A DNA stretch of 64,000 nucleotides from Candidatus Hydrogenedentota bacterium (lineage in GTDB: Bacteria > Hydrogenedentota > Hydrogenedentia > Hydrogenedentales > SLHB01): contig CAXXYE010000011.1 of the NCBI GenBank assembly GCA_963674865.2, forward strand, positions 192,001 to 256,000, read 5' to 3'. Shown piece after piece: positions 28,983 through 43,900 of this stretch (the stretch's first letter is position 1; each line of letters opens with the position of its first letter). The notes beneath the pieces were generated by a model. That model worked only from the letters and a program-made list of their open reading frames with translations. It did not search any database and had not been told where the DNA came from. The position numbers and the translations under genes were made by a program.

Positions 28983-31900
28983 ATGAATCGGGCTAGTTTC
29001 TGTCTGTGTTTACTGTTCTCATTCCTTGCTTTTGCCCTATGTGCCCGGGCGGACGCAAGTGGCCCACCGGCATCTCATATTCCTGCGTCAGCGCTCTCGG
29101 TAACGGGTACGTTTTTTGAGGGCCGGGGCGTGGCTTTGGAGTCACAGAGCTCTGTGGCGGTTGCGGACTCCATCCCACCGAGCGATGACCTGGCCCTGCC
29201 GTTTCCCGCCGTCGAGGCTATGGACAGCCTCGCGGCGACGGTGTCCATCTACAATACAAGCGCGGCATTCCTGACGATCACGAGCATCTACAGCATCGAC
29301 GCCATCTACACCACTTACGGAGGCACAAACGCCTTTTCGCTCGAGGGATTGCCGGAACTGCCCCTGGAACTGCCGCCCGAGGGGGAAACCAGTTTCGACG
29401 TGCGATTCGCCCCGATAGCGACGTGCCTGTCGGAGTTCTTCCAAGATGGATTGATCATCATCAGCGACGACCTTGTCATGCCCATGATATCTCTCGCGCT
29501 GAGCGGCACAGGTACGAATGCAGCGGCCGACTGCGATGGCGATGGATTGACCGACCTCGAGGAAATCAGCAACTACGGTACCGATCCGAACAACCCGGAC
29601 ACGGACGGCGACGGTTGGTCGGATGGCCGCGAAGTCGCCGCAGGCACGGCCCCGCTCGACCCGAATGATTATCCTCCGCTTGGCGCGGGCTCGCTGGTCT
29701 GGGCCCGAAGTGACGGGGCGGTTAACGATGACTGTGGCTTCGGCATTGTAGCGGCGGCGGATGGACGAAGTGTCGCCACCGGGTACTTCACAGATGGCGC
29801 TACATTTGGTGCTGGTGAGCCGGGCGAAACGGCATTGGTCGCGGCGGGGCAACAAGACATTCACATCGCCGGTTACGACGCAGACGGGACGCTAGAGTGG
29901 GTGAAGCGCGCGGGCGGGACGCTCACGGATTATGGACGGCGTGTCGCCATCCTGACTGACGGTAGCGCCTTGATCCAGGCCCGGTTCTCGGGGACGGGAA
30001 CCTTCGGCCCCGGTGAGCCGAATGAAGTCACGCTGGTGGGGGCAAGCGACGGCGCACAAAATGCCCTCGTCAACTACTGCATGGATGGCACTCTGGCGCG
30101 AGTAGTCTACGCCGGCAAGAGCTACGGCACCGCTTTTGGACGCGCCTTCGACCTCACCAGTACCGACGACGTAGTACTTGTCGGCTATTTTCAGGGCGAG
30201 ACGGTGTTTGGGGAAGGCGAAACCAACGAGACCGTCTTCCTGCCGGACGGGGACAGTCAGTACGGCTTCCTCGCAAGGTACAATTCGGACTGGTCCCTTG
30301 CCTGGGCTAGGGAGGCTGTCTGCGATGGCCGTCTGTACCCGCATGATATGGCCATATTGAGCGATGACAGCGCAGTAGTTGCTGGGTATTTCCTTGGCGC
30401 GGCAACGTTCGGCGCGGGCGAGCCCAATGAAACGTCCCTTGCCGCAGTGTCCTATGATAGCTTTGTCGCGCGGTATAACGCCGACGGCACATTCGCGTGG
30501 GTCACACAAATCGAAGGTGATGATTACCAACGCGGTTACGCCGTTACGGTCCTCGAAGACGATTCCGTCATTGTCACCGGCTATGTCGAAGGCGCCGCTA
30601 CCTTCGGTGCAGGGGAGCCTAACGAAACAACGCTCAACTCGGATGGCCGACGGATGCTATTGGCTCGATACGGCGCGGACGGCGCGTTGGTTTGGGCCAA
30701 GGAACCCGTCAACGGTGCGGGGGTGCTTGCGGGATTCTCCACAGGCCGTGCTGTTCGAGGTTCGGAGCATGGCAGCTTCCTGGTGCAGGGCTATTTTAGC
30801 GGTGCGGTGACATTTGGGCCGGGAGAAGCCAATGAAACGACGCTCTCAACGGGCGACGTTTCCCGCCAGTATGGGTTCCTCGCCAAATACCGTTGGGATG
30901 GCACGCTTGCATGGGTGACCTGGTTCGGCGGTGCGGGACACACGATGAGCGGCTACGATCTGAGTGTCTTGGGCGACGGTACGGCGCTTATCACGGGCTC
31001 TTTTACAGGCGGCGCGGCTTTCGGCGCCGGGGAACCCAACGAAACCTCACTTACCAGTGCCGGAGGACGGGATGCGTTTCTCGCCAAGTACGTTGTCTGG
31101 ACCGACAGGGATGCCGATGGTATGTCCGACGATTGGGAAGAGGACCAGGGTCTCGACCCGGACGACCCCTCAGATGCCGGCCTCGATCTCGACAACGATG
31201 GCCTGACAAATCTCCAGGAGCACAATAACAGCACGGACCCAGACAATCCTGACACCGACGGCGACGGCTACACCGACGGCGACGAAGCGGCCGCCGGTAC
31301 CAACCCGCTGGACGCATCCAGCTACCCTGTCGAGGGGCGGGAGCTGATTGGGGCGCGTCGGGACGGCGGCGCGGCCGAGGAGTATCCTGTCTCGATAGCG
31401 TCCTTCGACGACGGCTCGATGGTTGAGGCCGGACGCTTCGAAGATGCCGCGACGTTTGGCCAAGGCGAACCGAACGAGACCACGTTGGTGTCCGTTGGGG
31501 ATAGGGACCTCTATCTCGCCAAGTACGCGGCGGACGGCAGCCTGCTTTGGGCCACCCAAGCGGGCGGCGCGGACTATGACTACCCGTATACCGTCGAGGG
31601 CCTTCCCGATGGTAGTTTTATCGTTCAAGGCCGGTTCTCAGCCACCGCCACCTTTGGCTCTGGACAACCCAGCGAAACCGTCGTCGATTCCCCGTCTCAT
31701 GACGTGTTCTTGGCCAAATACGACGCCGATGGCGCCTTGGTCTGGGTTCGGCAGACGCTTTCCATTGACCACATGGCCTTAGGCGCGGACATCTCTCTCT
31801 CGGAGGATGGCTCCATTCTTGCCTTGGCTCGGATTCAGGGCGGAGTCTGCTTCATTCCAGGTGATCTGAGCCAAATGATGTTTGTGTCGAATCTGGACAA

Positions 31901-34900
31901 CGAATACGACCTTTGTCTCGCCAAATATAATCCCGACGGTTCAGTCGCTTGGGCGGAACGCCTGGCTGTCAGCCATGAGGCGGGGAGCGATATTACAGGC
32001 CAGGTTGCTGCGTGTGAGGATGGCGGCGCGTATGTGGTGGGCCATTTCAGGCGCGAGGTGGCCGTGGTCGGCGGCCCGCTCTCGACCGTGCTAACGCCCG
32101 CTGTGCCGGGTGTCTACGAAACATTCGTGGCCAAGTACAACGCCGTCGGCGTCCTTGAGTGGGTGAAGCGCGTCTATGGCTCAGGGCGAGTCGAAATAGA
32201 CGACTGTCGCACTGCGCCCGGGGAGGATGGTGTCCTTGTCGTTGGGTCATTCCAGGGTGTTGCCACCTTTGGGGCGGGGGAGCCCAATGAGACGAGCCTT
32301 AACGCGGGCGTTTTCGGGCATATGTACCTGGCCAAGTTCAATTGCGATGGCACGCTGGCATGGGCAAAGCAGGCCGCCGGCGAGGAAGGCTTCACCTGCG
32401 GGGAACTGACCCTGACGCCGCGAGGAAACGCGGTTGTGGTCGGACCGCTTTTTGGAACAGTGACCTTTGGCGAAGGAGAGCCGAACGAGACGGTGCTTGC
32501 CGCCGTGGCCGAGCAGAGGATATTCGTTGCTGACTACGGTGTTGACGGCACCTTGGCCTGCGTCAAGTGCATTGCCGCCGCCTACAGCACATATGCAAGT
32601 ATCAGCGCAGCGTGCGCTTTCTACGACGAGAGTGTGGCCTTCACGGGCTATTTCGATAGTACCCTTGCATTTGCGCCAGGCGAGCCGGGAGAGGTGTCAC
32701 TCGTTTCAGAGGGTGACCGAGACGCTTTCCTGGCGCGGTTCTCCGTGGGGCAGGATTGGGATGGTGACGGGATGCCCAATAGCTGGGAAACTGCTCATGG
32801 GCTGAACCGGAACGACGCGGTGGATGCTGCGGGGGATGGCGATGGTGATGGCCTGACCAACCTTGCGGAATATGAGAGCAACACGGACCCCAACGATGCC
32901 GATACCGATAGCGACGGACTGCCCGATGGCGACGAGGTGTATAGCTCCAACCCGTTTATTCCTGATACAGACCATGACGGATTGTCGGATGGTGAGGAAG
33001 CGTTAGGCTACCTTACCCACACGGAAGTTCCTGACTCGGACGCCGACGGCTGGTCGGATGGCGAGGAGGTTGCCGCAGGCACAAGCCCGCTCGACCCAGA
33101 TGATCATCCACCGCTCGAGATAGGTTCGCTGACCTGGGCCCGAAGAGACGGGGGCCTGAGCGATGATCGGCTCTACAGTATGGTTGTGGGTTCGGATGGC
33201 CGAGCAGTTGGCGTCGGTTGCTTTGAGGGTACCTCGATTATGGGGGCCGATGGTCCTAACGAAACGGCGTTAGTTTCTGACGGCTCGATTGATATCTGCG
33301 TCGCCGGGTATGAGACCAGCGGCGCCCTTGCCTGGGCCAGGCGCGCCGGCGGGCCCAACATTGACTACGCACGTTGGGTGACCGTCCTGCCCGAAGGTAG
33401 TGTTTTGTTCCAAGCGCGGTTCACGGGAACGGGAACCTTTGGCCCCGGTGAACCGAATGAGGTCACGCTTGTCGGCCCAAGCACTGGCGCCCAGAACGTC
33501 CTCGTCAACTACAGCATGGACGGTACCCTGGCCCGGGTGACCCATGCAGGCAAGAGTTACGACTATGCTTATGGGCGCGGACTAGACATCTTCGACGACG
33601 GCAGTTCCGTCATCTGCGGCTATTTCCGAGGTCAGTTGGTCCTTGGCGAAGGCGAGCCGAACGAGACCGTGTTCCCTGGCACTACGCACTATCACGGGTT
33701 TCTCGCCAAGTATAATCCAGATCTAACGTTGGCTTGGGCTAGGCAAGCTGTTTCTGATGACCGCCTATACCCTTATGATGTGACCCTTCTGAGCGATAAC
33801 AGCGCAGTAGTTGCCGGGTACTTCCGAGGTGCGGCAACGTTCGGCCCAGGCGAGCCCAATGAAACAACCCTTATCGCTGATGACTATGACCTTTTTGTCG
33901 TTCGCTATCGCGCGGACGGTGCCCTGGCCTGGGCCAGGCAGGTTGGCGCGTCGAGTTCTGATTACGGATACGCCGTAGCAGCGTTGCCCGACGACTCTGT
34001 CATCGTGACGGGGCGTGTTGACGGAACAGTCATGTTTGGCGCTGGCGAGCCCAACGAAACAACGCTCGCCTCGGATGGCCTACGGATGTTCCTTGCCCGA
34101 TACCGTTCAGACGGCTCGTTGGTCTGGGCCAAAGAAGCCTTCAACGATACGGGGGCTTTTGCGGGCGCCTCTGCGGGCCGGGCTCTTGAGTGTTCCGAGC
34201 CCGGAAGCTTCGTGATTCAGGGCTATTTCAGTGGTACGGCAACCTTTGGGCCGGGAGAGCTGAACGAGACGTCACTCTCAACGGGCGACGCGTCCCTCCA
34301 GTATGGGTTCCTCGCCAAGTACCGTTGGGATGGAACGCTTGCGTGGGTCAGGTGGATCGGCGGTGCGACCCGGGCCTGGTCCGGTTACGACCTGAGTGTC
34401 TTGGGCGAGGGTACGGTACTTGTTGCGGGTTACTTCAACGGGGCCGCTGTCCTTGGGAAGGGCGAACCCTTTGAGACCTTCTTGACGAGCGCCGGGGACA
34501 ACGACGCCTTCGTCGCCAAGTACGTTGTTTGGACTGACAGTGACGGCGATGGCATGTCAGATGATTGGGAGGACTGGCGTGGCTTGGATCCGGATGTGAA
34601 TGATGCGGCTGACGATCCGGACGGGGACGGGTTGAGCAACCTAGCCGAGTACAACGCGCAAACCGACCCCGGCAATCCCGATACGGACGGCGACGGATAC
34701 ACCGATGGCGACGAAATCCGCGCCGGTACCAACCCGCTGGACGCATCCAGCTACCCCGTCGAGGGGCGGGAACTGTTGTGGGCGCGTCGGGACGGAGGGC
34801 CGGACAGAGACCAGGCGCAGACAATGGTCTCCTTTGACGACGGGAGCATGGTCGTGGCCGGGATATTCGAGGGGTCGGCGACATTCGGTGAAGGTGGCCC

Positions 34901-37900
34901 GAATGAAACCACACTGGTGTCCGCTGGGGCGTTGGATGTCTATGTCGCCAAGTACATTCCTGACGGCGGTCTTCTTTGGATAACCCAAGGGGGAGGCATC
35001 GGGCACGATTACCCGCTTGCCGTCGAGGCCCTTGCGGACGGAAGTTGTGTCGTTCAAGGCCGGTTCTCTTACACGGCCGTCTTTGGTCCGGGTGAGCTGA
35101 ACGAACGCACGTTGATGTCCTTAGATCACGATATGTTCCTGGCCAGATACAACCCCGACGGTAGTCTGGCCTGGGCTACGCAGACTTCCTCGCAGAGCTA
35201 CGGCGATGAGACGAATCCATGGTCAGGCGGGCGCGACATTGCGTTGCTTCCGGACGGCAACATTCTCGCCCTTGTTCGCTGTCAAGGCCGTGTAGAGTTC
35301 ATCCCCGAAAGCCCTGGAGCAATGACGGTCTATTCTGCCTTTCCGGGGCACTGGGATCTTGCTTACGCCAAGTACCGTTCCGATGGTTCGGTCGCTTGGG
35401 CTCAGCCCATTGTCGTCACCCGCGAGATCCACCCCAGTTCTTGGGGGTACGTGACCGCGTGCAGCGACGGCGGCGGATACGTGGCGGGGCAGTTCCGAAA
35501 CCAGGTCACCGTTGTGGGCGGCCCCCTGTCGACCCTGTTCACTCCTGCGGCCCCGAATGTCTACGAGGCCTTTGTCGCTAAGTACAACGCCGCAGGCGTC
35601 CTCGAGTGGATCAAGCATACCTGCGGTACGGGGCAGGTCGAGGTGGACGACTGTCGGACTGCGCCCGGGGAGGATGGTGTACTGGTGATCGGCACCTTCG
35701 ACGGCGTAGCGACGTTCGGCGAAGGTGAGGATAATGAGACGATCTTGGACGCCGGCGTCACCGCGGACGCGTACCTCGCCAAGTATGACCGCGACGGGAC
35801 GCTCGCATGGGTGACAAAGGCTAGCGGCGAAGAAGGCAGCACCTCCGGAAGAGTGGCCGTTACGCCACGCGGGAACCAAGTTGTGGCCGGGCTGTTCTCG
35901 GGGACGACCACCTTTGGCGAGGGAGAGTCGAACCAAACGGTGCTGAGCGCCACGGCTGACCAGAACCTTTACCTTGCCGACTTCGGTGTTGACGGGACCT
36001 TGAACAGCGTCAAGTGCATCGCCGCTGCCTATAGCTCCTATGCAAGTCTCGCTGCTATCTGTGCGTTCTACGACGAGGGTGTGGCGTTCGCAGGTAATTT
36101 CGACGATTCCCTTACGTTTGCGCCAGGCGAGCCGGGAGAAATCTCACTGGTTTCGGAGGGCGGTCGAGACGCCTACTTGGCGAGGTTTTCCGCCGGGACT
36201 GATTGGGACGGTGACGGGATCCCCAACGACTGGGAATATGCCCACGAACTCGACCAGAACAACCCGGCCGATGCTACGGATGATGGTGATAGTGATGGCC
36301 TTACAAACCTAGAAGAATATGAGAACAACACTGATCCTAATGACGCCGATACAGATGGCGACGGAATGCCCGACGGCGACGAAGTACATGTATACACCTC
36401 GAACCCGTTCATCCCTGACACTGACCATGATGGGTTGCTGGATGGTGAAGAAGCGCTAGACTACCTTACCTACACGGACGCTCCTGACTCGGACGCCGAC
36501 GGCTGGTCGGATGGCGAGGAGGTTGCCGCAGGCACAAGCCCGCTCGACCCAGATGATCATCCACCGATCGAGGCGGGCTCGCTGCTTTGGGTCCGAAAAG
36601 ACGGGGGCACAAGTGATGACCGTGGCTACAGTGTAGTTGCGGGCGCGGATGGCCGCCTAGTCGGCGTCGGTACCTTCGAGGACAGCTCGACCTTCGGCGC
36701 CGACGAACCCAGCGAGACCGAACTGGTTGCTGGCGGGGGGTTAGACATTCATATCGCCGGGTATAACGCCGACGGTTCTTTGGCTTGGGCCAAGCGCGCC
36801 GGAGGGTGGTACACAGATTACGCGCGCCGCGTGATCACACTCCCTGACGATACCGCCCTGATTCAGGCACGGTTCTCCGGGATAGGTACCTTTGCGCCAG
36901 GCGAGCCCGAAGAAACGACCCTGGTGGGGGCAAGCGCCAGCGCCCAGAACGTCCTGATCAATTACAGTCTGGACGGCACTCTGGAGCGGGTAGTCTACGC
37001 TGGAAAGAGCTACGACTGCGCCTACGGAAGAGGTTTCGACCTTTGCGGCGACAGCAGTCTGGTCCTCGTCGGCTATTTCCGGGGGGAAACGATTTTCGGT
37101 GAAGGTGAGCCCAACGAAACAACGCTAAACAGCAGTGGATATAGCCTTTACAACGGTTTTCTCGCCAAGTACAACCCGGACTGGACCCTGGCTTGGGCCA
37201 AGGAGGCACTGGCGAACGACAGACTGTACTTCAATGATGTGGCTGCGTTGAGCGATGGCAGTGCCATGGTCGTCGGCTACTTCAGAATCAATGCCACATT
37301 TGGCCCGGGCGAACCTAACGAGACGACCCTTGTCGGTGACGACTATGACGGCTTCATCGCACGCTACCACCCCGACGGCACGGTTGCCTGGGCGGAAGGC
37401 TTTGGAGCCAGCGGAACCGACCGGGCGTATGCGGTCACGGCACTTCAAGACGACTCCATCATTGTGACAGGCTACATTGATGGCCCGGTGACCTTTGCCG
37501 CCGGGGAGCCTAACGAGACGACCCTGACGTCGGATGGCCCGCGGATGTTCCTGGCGCGCTACCGCGCCGACGGCTCGTTGGTCTGGGCTAAGGAGGCCGT
37601 CAATGATACAGGAGCGTTTGCGGGGTCATCTGGTTCCCATGCCATTGAGCGCGCCGAGCGGGGCACCGTGCTGATTCAGGGCTATTTCCGCGGCGAGGTG
37701 ACCTTTGGTCCGGGAGAAGCTAACGAAACCACGCTCTCAACAGGCGATGCCTCGATCCAGTATGGTTTTCTCGCGAAATACCGTATGGACGGGACGCTTG
37801 CCCGTGCAAACTGGGCTGGTGGAGCGGGCACTACGAGCACCGGGTACGACGTGAGTGTTCTGGACGACGGTACGGCGCTTGTCACGGGATGCTTCACGGG

Positions 37901-40900
37901 CGGCGCGGCTTTCGGCTTTGGGGAACCTAACGAGACCTCACTTGCCAGTGCCGGAGGACGGGATGCCTTTCTCGCCAAGTACGTTGTTTGGACTGACAGT
38001 GACGGCGATGGCATGTCAGATGATTGGGAAAACTGGCGTGGCCTGGATCCGGATGTGGATGATGCGGCTGACGATCCGGACGGCGACGGGTTGAGCAACC
38101 TGGCAGAGTACAACGCGCAAACCGACCCCGGCAATCCCGATACGGACGGCGACGGATACACCGATGGCGACGAAGTCCACGCCGGAACCGATCCTAACGA
38201 CCCATCCAGCTCTGCGCTGGGGGATGCCGAGAATCCGGCGCAGTTGATCTGGAGCACGTTTGTGGGCGGACTCGATTGGGATGAGGGATGTGCGCACGTC
38301 GTGGACGCGGAAGGCAACGTCTATCTGGCCGGGGACACAGAATCCCCTGATTTCCCGACCACAGCGGGCGCTTACGACGATACGCTCGACGGCAGCGAAG
38401 ATGCCTATGTGGCCAAGTTGAACAGCACGGGCGACGCGCTCGTGTTCTCGACGTACCTGGGCGGCTCGGGCGAGGACCGGGTTTGGGACATCCTGGTGGA
38501 CGACCTGGGTGACATCTTCCTCATCGGCAGCACGACCTCCGAGGATTTTCCGACGACCTCCGGCGCGTATGACACGACCTTCAACGGCGATGAGGACGTG
38601 TTCATTGCGAAGCTCAATTCGACAGGCGATACACTGCTCTTCTCGACGTTCTTGGGCGGGTCATCGCGGGAGTATCCATACGAGGACCAGGTTCTTGTAT
38701 TGGATGCGTCGGGCAATTTGTGCTTTGCGGGCGCGACGGCTTCAGCTGATTTCCCGACGAGCCCGGATGCCTACGATGGAACGCACAATGGGGACAATGA
38801 CGCCTTCGTGGTGAAACTATCGAGCGATTGCGGCGTCCTGGTGTATTCAACGTATCTCGGGGGCAGCGGCTCCGAGGTGGCCCATTCCTTGGCCATCAGC
38901 GCCACGGGCGAGTTGCACGTCATCGGCACCACGAGTTCATGGGATTTCCCGACCACTCCGGGGGCGAACGATGCGGTTCTTGATGGCCCGGACGATACAT
39001 TTGTTACGAAGTTCAACGCGTCATGCACGGCTCTGGCATATAGTACGTTTCTGGGCGGAAGCGCCGGCGAACACGGGAATCGGGCGACCGTTGATGGAAG
39101 CGGCGGCCTTTACGTGTCGGGGAGGACGGAATCCTGGGATTTCCCGGTTACACCGGGCGCCTATGACAAGTCCTTCAACGGAGACAGGGACGCGTTTTGC
39201 GCGAGACTTGACGCCAGCGGCCAGTTGCTTGCGTCGACGTATATCGGTGGGTTCTTGCGCGATCAGGGCCATACGGTTCTCGTTGACAGTGTAGGAAACG
39301 TCTGGCTCTCCGGCTTCGCGTATTCCTCTGATTTTCCGACGACGCGCGGTGCGTTCGACCGGACGCTGAGTGGCGAATACGACATGTTCTTGGTGAGTTT
39401 TGATGGCCTGCTAGGCCATTTGCTGTATGGCACGTTCCTCGGGGGCAGTGACGGCGAGGGTATGGACAGTTTCACCGAATTCGGCCCAGACGGTAGCCTC
39501 TTCCTACTGGGACGGACCAAATCAGCTGACTTCCCTGTTACGCCGGGGGCGTACGATACGCAATACGCAGATGGCGGGGACCTCTTCATTACGAAGCTCG
39601 ACCCGGCGGCGGGCATGGGGGATAGCGACGGGGACGGGATGCCCGATTGGTGGGAGAACCTTTACGGCCTGGATCCGGGCGTGAACGACGCTGCCGGCGA
39701 CCTGGATGGCGACGGGCTAAACAACCTCGATGAATACAATCGCAATACTGACCCGGATAATCCGGACTCTGATGGCGACGGCTATAGCGACGGCGACGAG
39801 GTGGCGGCGGGGAAGGATCCCAACAGCGCGTCAAGTTCCCCTCTGGGCGATGCGCAGAATCCCGCCCAGCTTGTGTGGAGCACCTTCTTGGGTGGGACGG
39901 ACATCGAAGAGGCATCGGGGCTGGCGGTGGATACCTCGGGCAACAGCTACGTGGCCGGGCGGACATGTTCTACCGACTTTCCCGTCACGCCGGGCGCCTA
40001 CGATGAGAGCTTCAATGGCGGAACGGACGATGCCTATGTGGCCAAGCTCAACGATACCGGCGACGCGCTCGTATTTGCCACGTTCTTGGGCGGTTCGGGG
40101 GATGACTTTGCGTCGGATCTCTGCGTGGATGACGCAGGAAACATCTACGTGGTTGGCAGCACGACTTCAGCGGACTTCCCAACAACACCGGGCGCCTACG
40201 ACACGACGTTCAACGGCTCCGAGGATGTCTTTGTAGCGAAGCTGAACGCTACGGGAGATACGCTGCTTTACTCGACGTTCATTGGCGGAGCCAATGACGA
40301 CAGCCCGAGGGAACGCAGCGCAATCGTGCTGGACGAGGCAGGGTCCCTCTATATCGCAGGGCGAACCGCTTCATCGGACTTCCCGACCACTTCCGGCTCC
40401 TACGCCCCCACGTTCGGCGGGGGCGGGTCGGACGGCTTCATCACAAAACTCAGCGCTGACGGGAGTGCGTTGGTTTACTCGACATTCCTGGGGGGAAGCG
40501 CGGATGAACTGTGCTCCTCTCTGGCGGTCAATGCCGCTGGCGAAGTATACGTCGGAGGAAATACGGATTCGATAGATTTCCCGACGACCTCGGGCGCTTT
40601 CGACACAAGTCACGGGGGCTGGGGCGACGCCTATGTGGCGAAGCTTAGCGCGGATGGAACGGCTCTCCTCTTCTCAACGCTCATCGGCGGGAGTGGCGAC
40701 GACACAGGCCGGCACGTGGCCTTGACGGACACTGGCGAGGTCTACCTGTCTGGCTGGACCGACTCGCTGAATTTCCCTGTCACGTCCGGTGCCTACGGCG
40801 AGACGTTCAACGGCGACCGGGACGGTTTTGTGGTGTTGCTTGATGCCACAGGCAGCGCCGTGCTTGCCGGGACGTATCTGAGCGGCGCCGAGTTCGACAC

Positions 40901-43900
40901 GGTTCACGAACTTGAGCTTGACGGCAGCGGCAACCTCTGGGTGTCCGGCATGGTGCGGTCGGAGGATTTTCCGAACACGCCCGGAGCCTTTGACCGAACC
41001 TATAACGGTAACACGGACCAGTACGTTGCCGAGTTCGACGCCTCCCTGACGACGCTTCTGTACGGCACCTTTGTGGGAGGGATGTATTTCGAGGGAGATT
41101 ACTTCATGGCCTTGGGCCCGGCGGACAACATCTATGTCTACGGCCGGACTCAGTCGAAAAACTTCCCGTTCACACCGGATGCCTACGACACCACCTACAA
41201 CGGGAATCGCGATGGATTTGTCCTGAAGCTGGATCCGGCAGGCGGTACGGGGGATGCTGATGCAGACGGGATGCCCGACTGGTGGGAGAGCCTTTACGGC
41301 TTGGAGCCGAACGTGGACGATGCCGCCGGCGACCTGGATGGCGACGGGTTGAGCAATGTCGATGAATACAACTGGGGCACCCGCCCGGATTATTCGGACA
41401 CGGACGGTGACGGATACACGGACGGTGACGAGGTCCACGCGGGGACCGATCCTAACGATCCGTCCGACTCCCTCATCGGCGACGCCGAAAACCCGGCAGC
41501 GCTGGAGTGGGGGACTTTCCTGGGCGGCAGCGACCAAGAGGAAGCGCGTGGCCTGTACATCGATGGAGATGGCAATACCTACGTTGTCGGGAAAACGGTG
41601 TCTGCTGACTTCCCGGCGACGGCCGGGGCCTTGTCTGAGGCATTCAACGGCGGCTCTGAGGACGGATACGTGACGAAGTTCAACAGCACGGGCGAAACCT
41701 TGCTGTTTTCCACGTTCCTGGGCGGCTCGGGATGGGACCGCGTATCCACTGTCGTGCCTGACGGCCTAGGCAACATCTACGTGCTCGGGGATACGGACTC
41801 GGCGGATTTCCCGACAACGGCCGGGGCGTACGACACCACGGCGAACGGCGGCGCCGATCTGTTCGTGGCGAAGCTCACCGGCACGGGGGACACCTTGCTG
41901 TGGAGTACGCTGCTCGGGGGCAGCGGAGATGAGGAGATTTACGACCGGAGCGTGCTCATAGTCGACGGTTCAGGCGACCTGTGGCTCTCGGGCTGGACGT
42001 ATTCGGCGGATTTCCCGACGACATCGGGAGCGTATGACACGACGCCGAACGGCGGGGCCGATGGGTTCGTCGTCAAGCTGGCCGGTGACGGCAGCGCGGT
42101 GCTCTACAGCACGCTGCTGGGCGGCAGCGACGATGACAATCCTCACAATCTACAGCTCAACGGTGTGGGTGAAGTCTACGTGGTGGGCGAGACGTGGTCC
42201 GGGGACTTCCCCGTCACCTCCGGGGCCTACGACGAGACATTCAACGGCGACCGCGATGTCTTCGTGGCGAAACTCAATGCGGTTGGCGATGCCTTGCTTT
42301 ACGGTACCTATTTTGGCGGCACAGGCCGTGACACATCGGCGGACTTTCTCCTGCTGCCGGCTTCGGAGGAGGTGTGCATATCCGGTTACACGGAGTCGTG
42401 GGACTTTCCGACCACCTCCGGTGCTTATGATGAAACACGGGACGGTGATCGTGACGCGTTCTGCTCGATTCTGGACGCCACGGGGAGCAGTCTGACCGCT
42501 TCGACTCTTGTCGGCGGATCGGCCCGCGAGAGTGGGAACACACTGGCTCTCGATTCCGGAGGGAATATATGGCTATCCGGCTCGACGGAGTCCGTTGACT
42601 TTCCGACTACCCCTGGAGCCTTCGACGTTTCGCTCAATGGCGGCTGGGACGAGGTCATTGTGCAGTTTGACCCCTCGTTAACATCCCTTTTATACAGCAC
42701 TTACGTGGGCGGGGCAGCGGCCGAGGGCGACTACTACGTGGCGTTGGATTCAGCCGACCATGTGTACGTGTACGGCCGGACGGAATCGCTGGCATTCCCC
42801 GTTACGCCGGGCGCCTATGACACAACATTCAACGGCTATCGCGACGCGTACTTGCTCAAGCTCGATCCCTCAACCGTGAACCTCGACAGTGATGGCGACG
42901 GGATGCCCGACTGGTGGGAAAACCGGTACGGCCTCGACCCGGGCGTCTACGACGCGGATGACGACGGCGACGGTGACTGGTTGACCAACCTGGATGAGTT
43001 CAACGCGGACACCGACCCGAGCAGCTCGGATACCGACGGCGACGGTTGGAACGACCGGGCCGAAATCGAGCGCGGCGCCGACCCGCGTGACAACGCCGAC
43101 TTTCCTTACGCAAAGAGGTCCCTGCGGTGGGCCACTCAAATCGGTTCCGCCGGTTATGTTTCCCATCCCCAAGTGGCCTGCCTTGAAAGCGGTGTGACGG
43201 TGGTGTTTGGCCGGTTCGAAGAAGCCGTCACGTTTGCCGCGGGGCAGCTGGGGGAGACCACCCTGTACTCGGTGGGCGAGCGAGACCTCTTCATCGCGCT
43301 CTACGGCCCCGATGGCGCGTTTGCGGGCGCTCTGCGGGCGGGTGGGCCGTACAACGACGTGCCCTGGGATGTGATGGTGCTCCCGGATGGGACTGCGGTC
43401 ATTACGGGCGAGTTTACGGGGGAAGCGACGTTCAACGCCGGCGCACCGGATCAGGTCACGCTTGCCTCTTTGAACGGTGACATGTTCCTTGTCAAGTATA
43501 ACATCGATGGTTCCATTGACTGGGCCGCCCAGTCCTCGGCGGTTGATGCGGGAAGCCGTGCGTATGGTCGAAACATCGCGCCCCTCGGCGACGGGAGCAT
43601 GATCGTCTGCGGCCGTGTCCAAGGCACGGTGGTCTTTGGCGCCGGCGAGCCGAACGAGACGACGCTTTCGGGCATCTACGACACCTTCTTCGCCAAATAC
43701 AACCCGGATGGCTCCTTGGCGTGGGCCCGGGTTGTTGGACAGTTGGCCGACGCGAGTAGTTCCCTAACCGGCTATGTAGCCGCGTTGGATGACGGCAGGA
43801 TGTACTTGTTTGCCGAATTCCGAGGCGAGATAACGGTAGTCCCCGGCCCGAATGCCACGACACTGACCTCCTCCCCCTACGACGTGTACGACCTTGTGGC

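Noticed and set aside
29530..43105. Repeats as CRISPR array or DGR template/variable pair
   Set aside because: They are in-frame protein-domain repeats; no spacer pattern, no adenine-specific mismatches, and no cas or reverse transcriptase gene.
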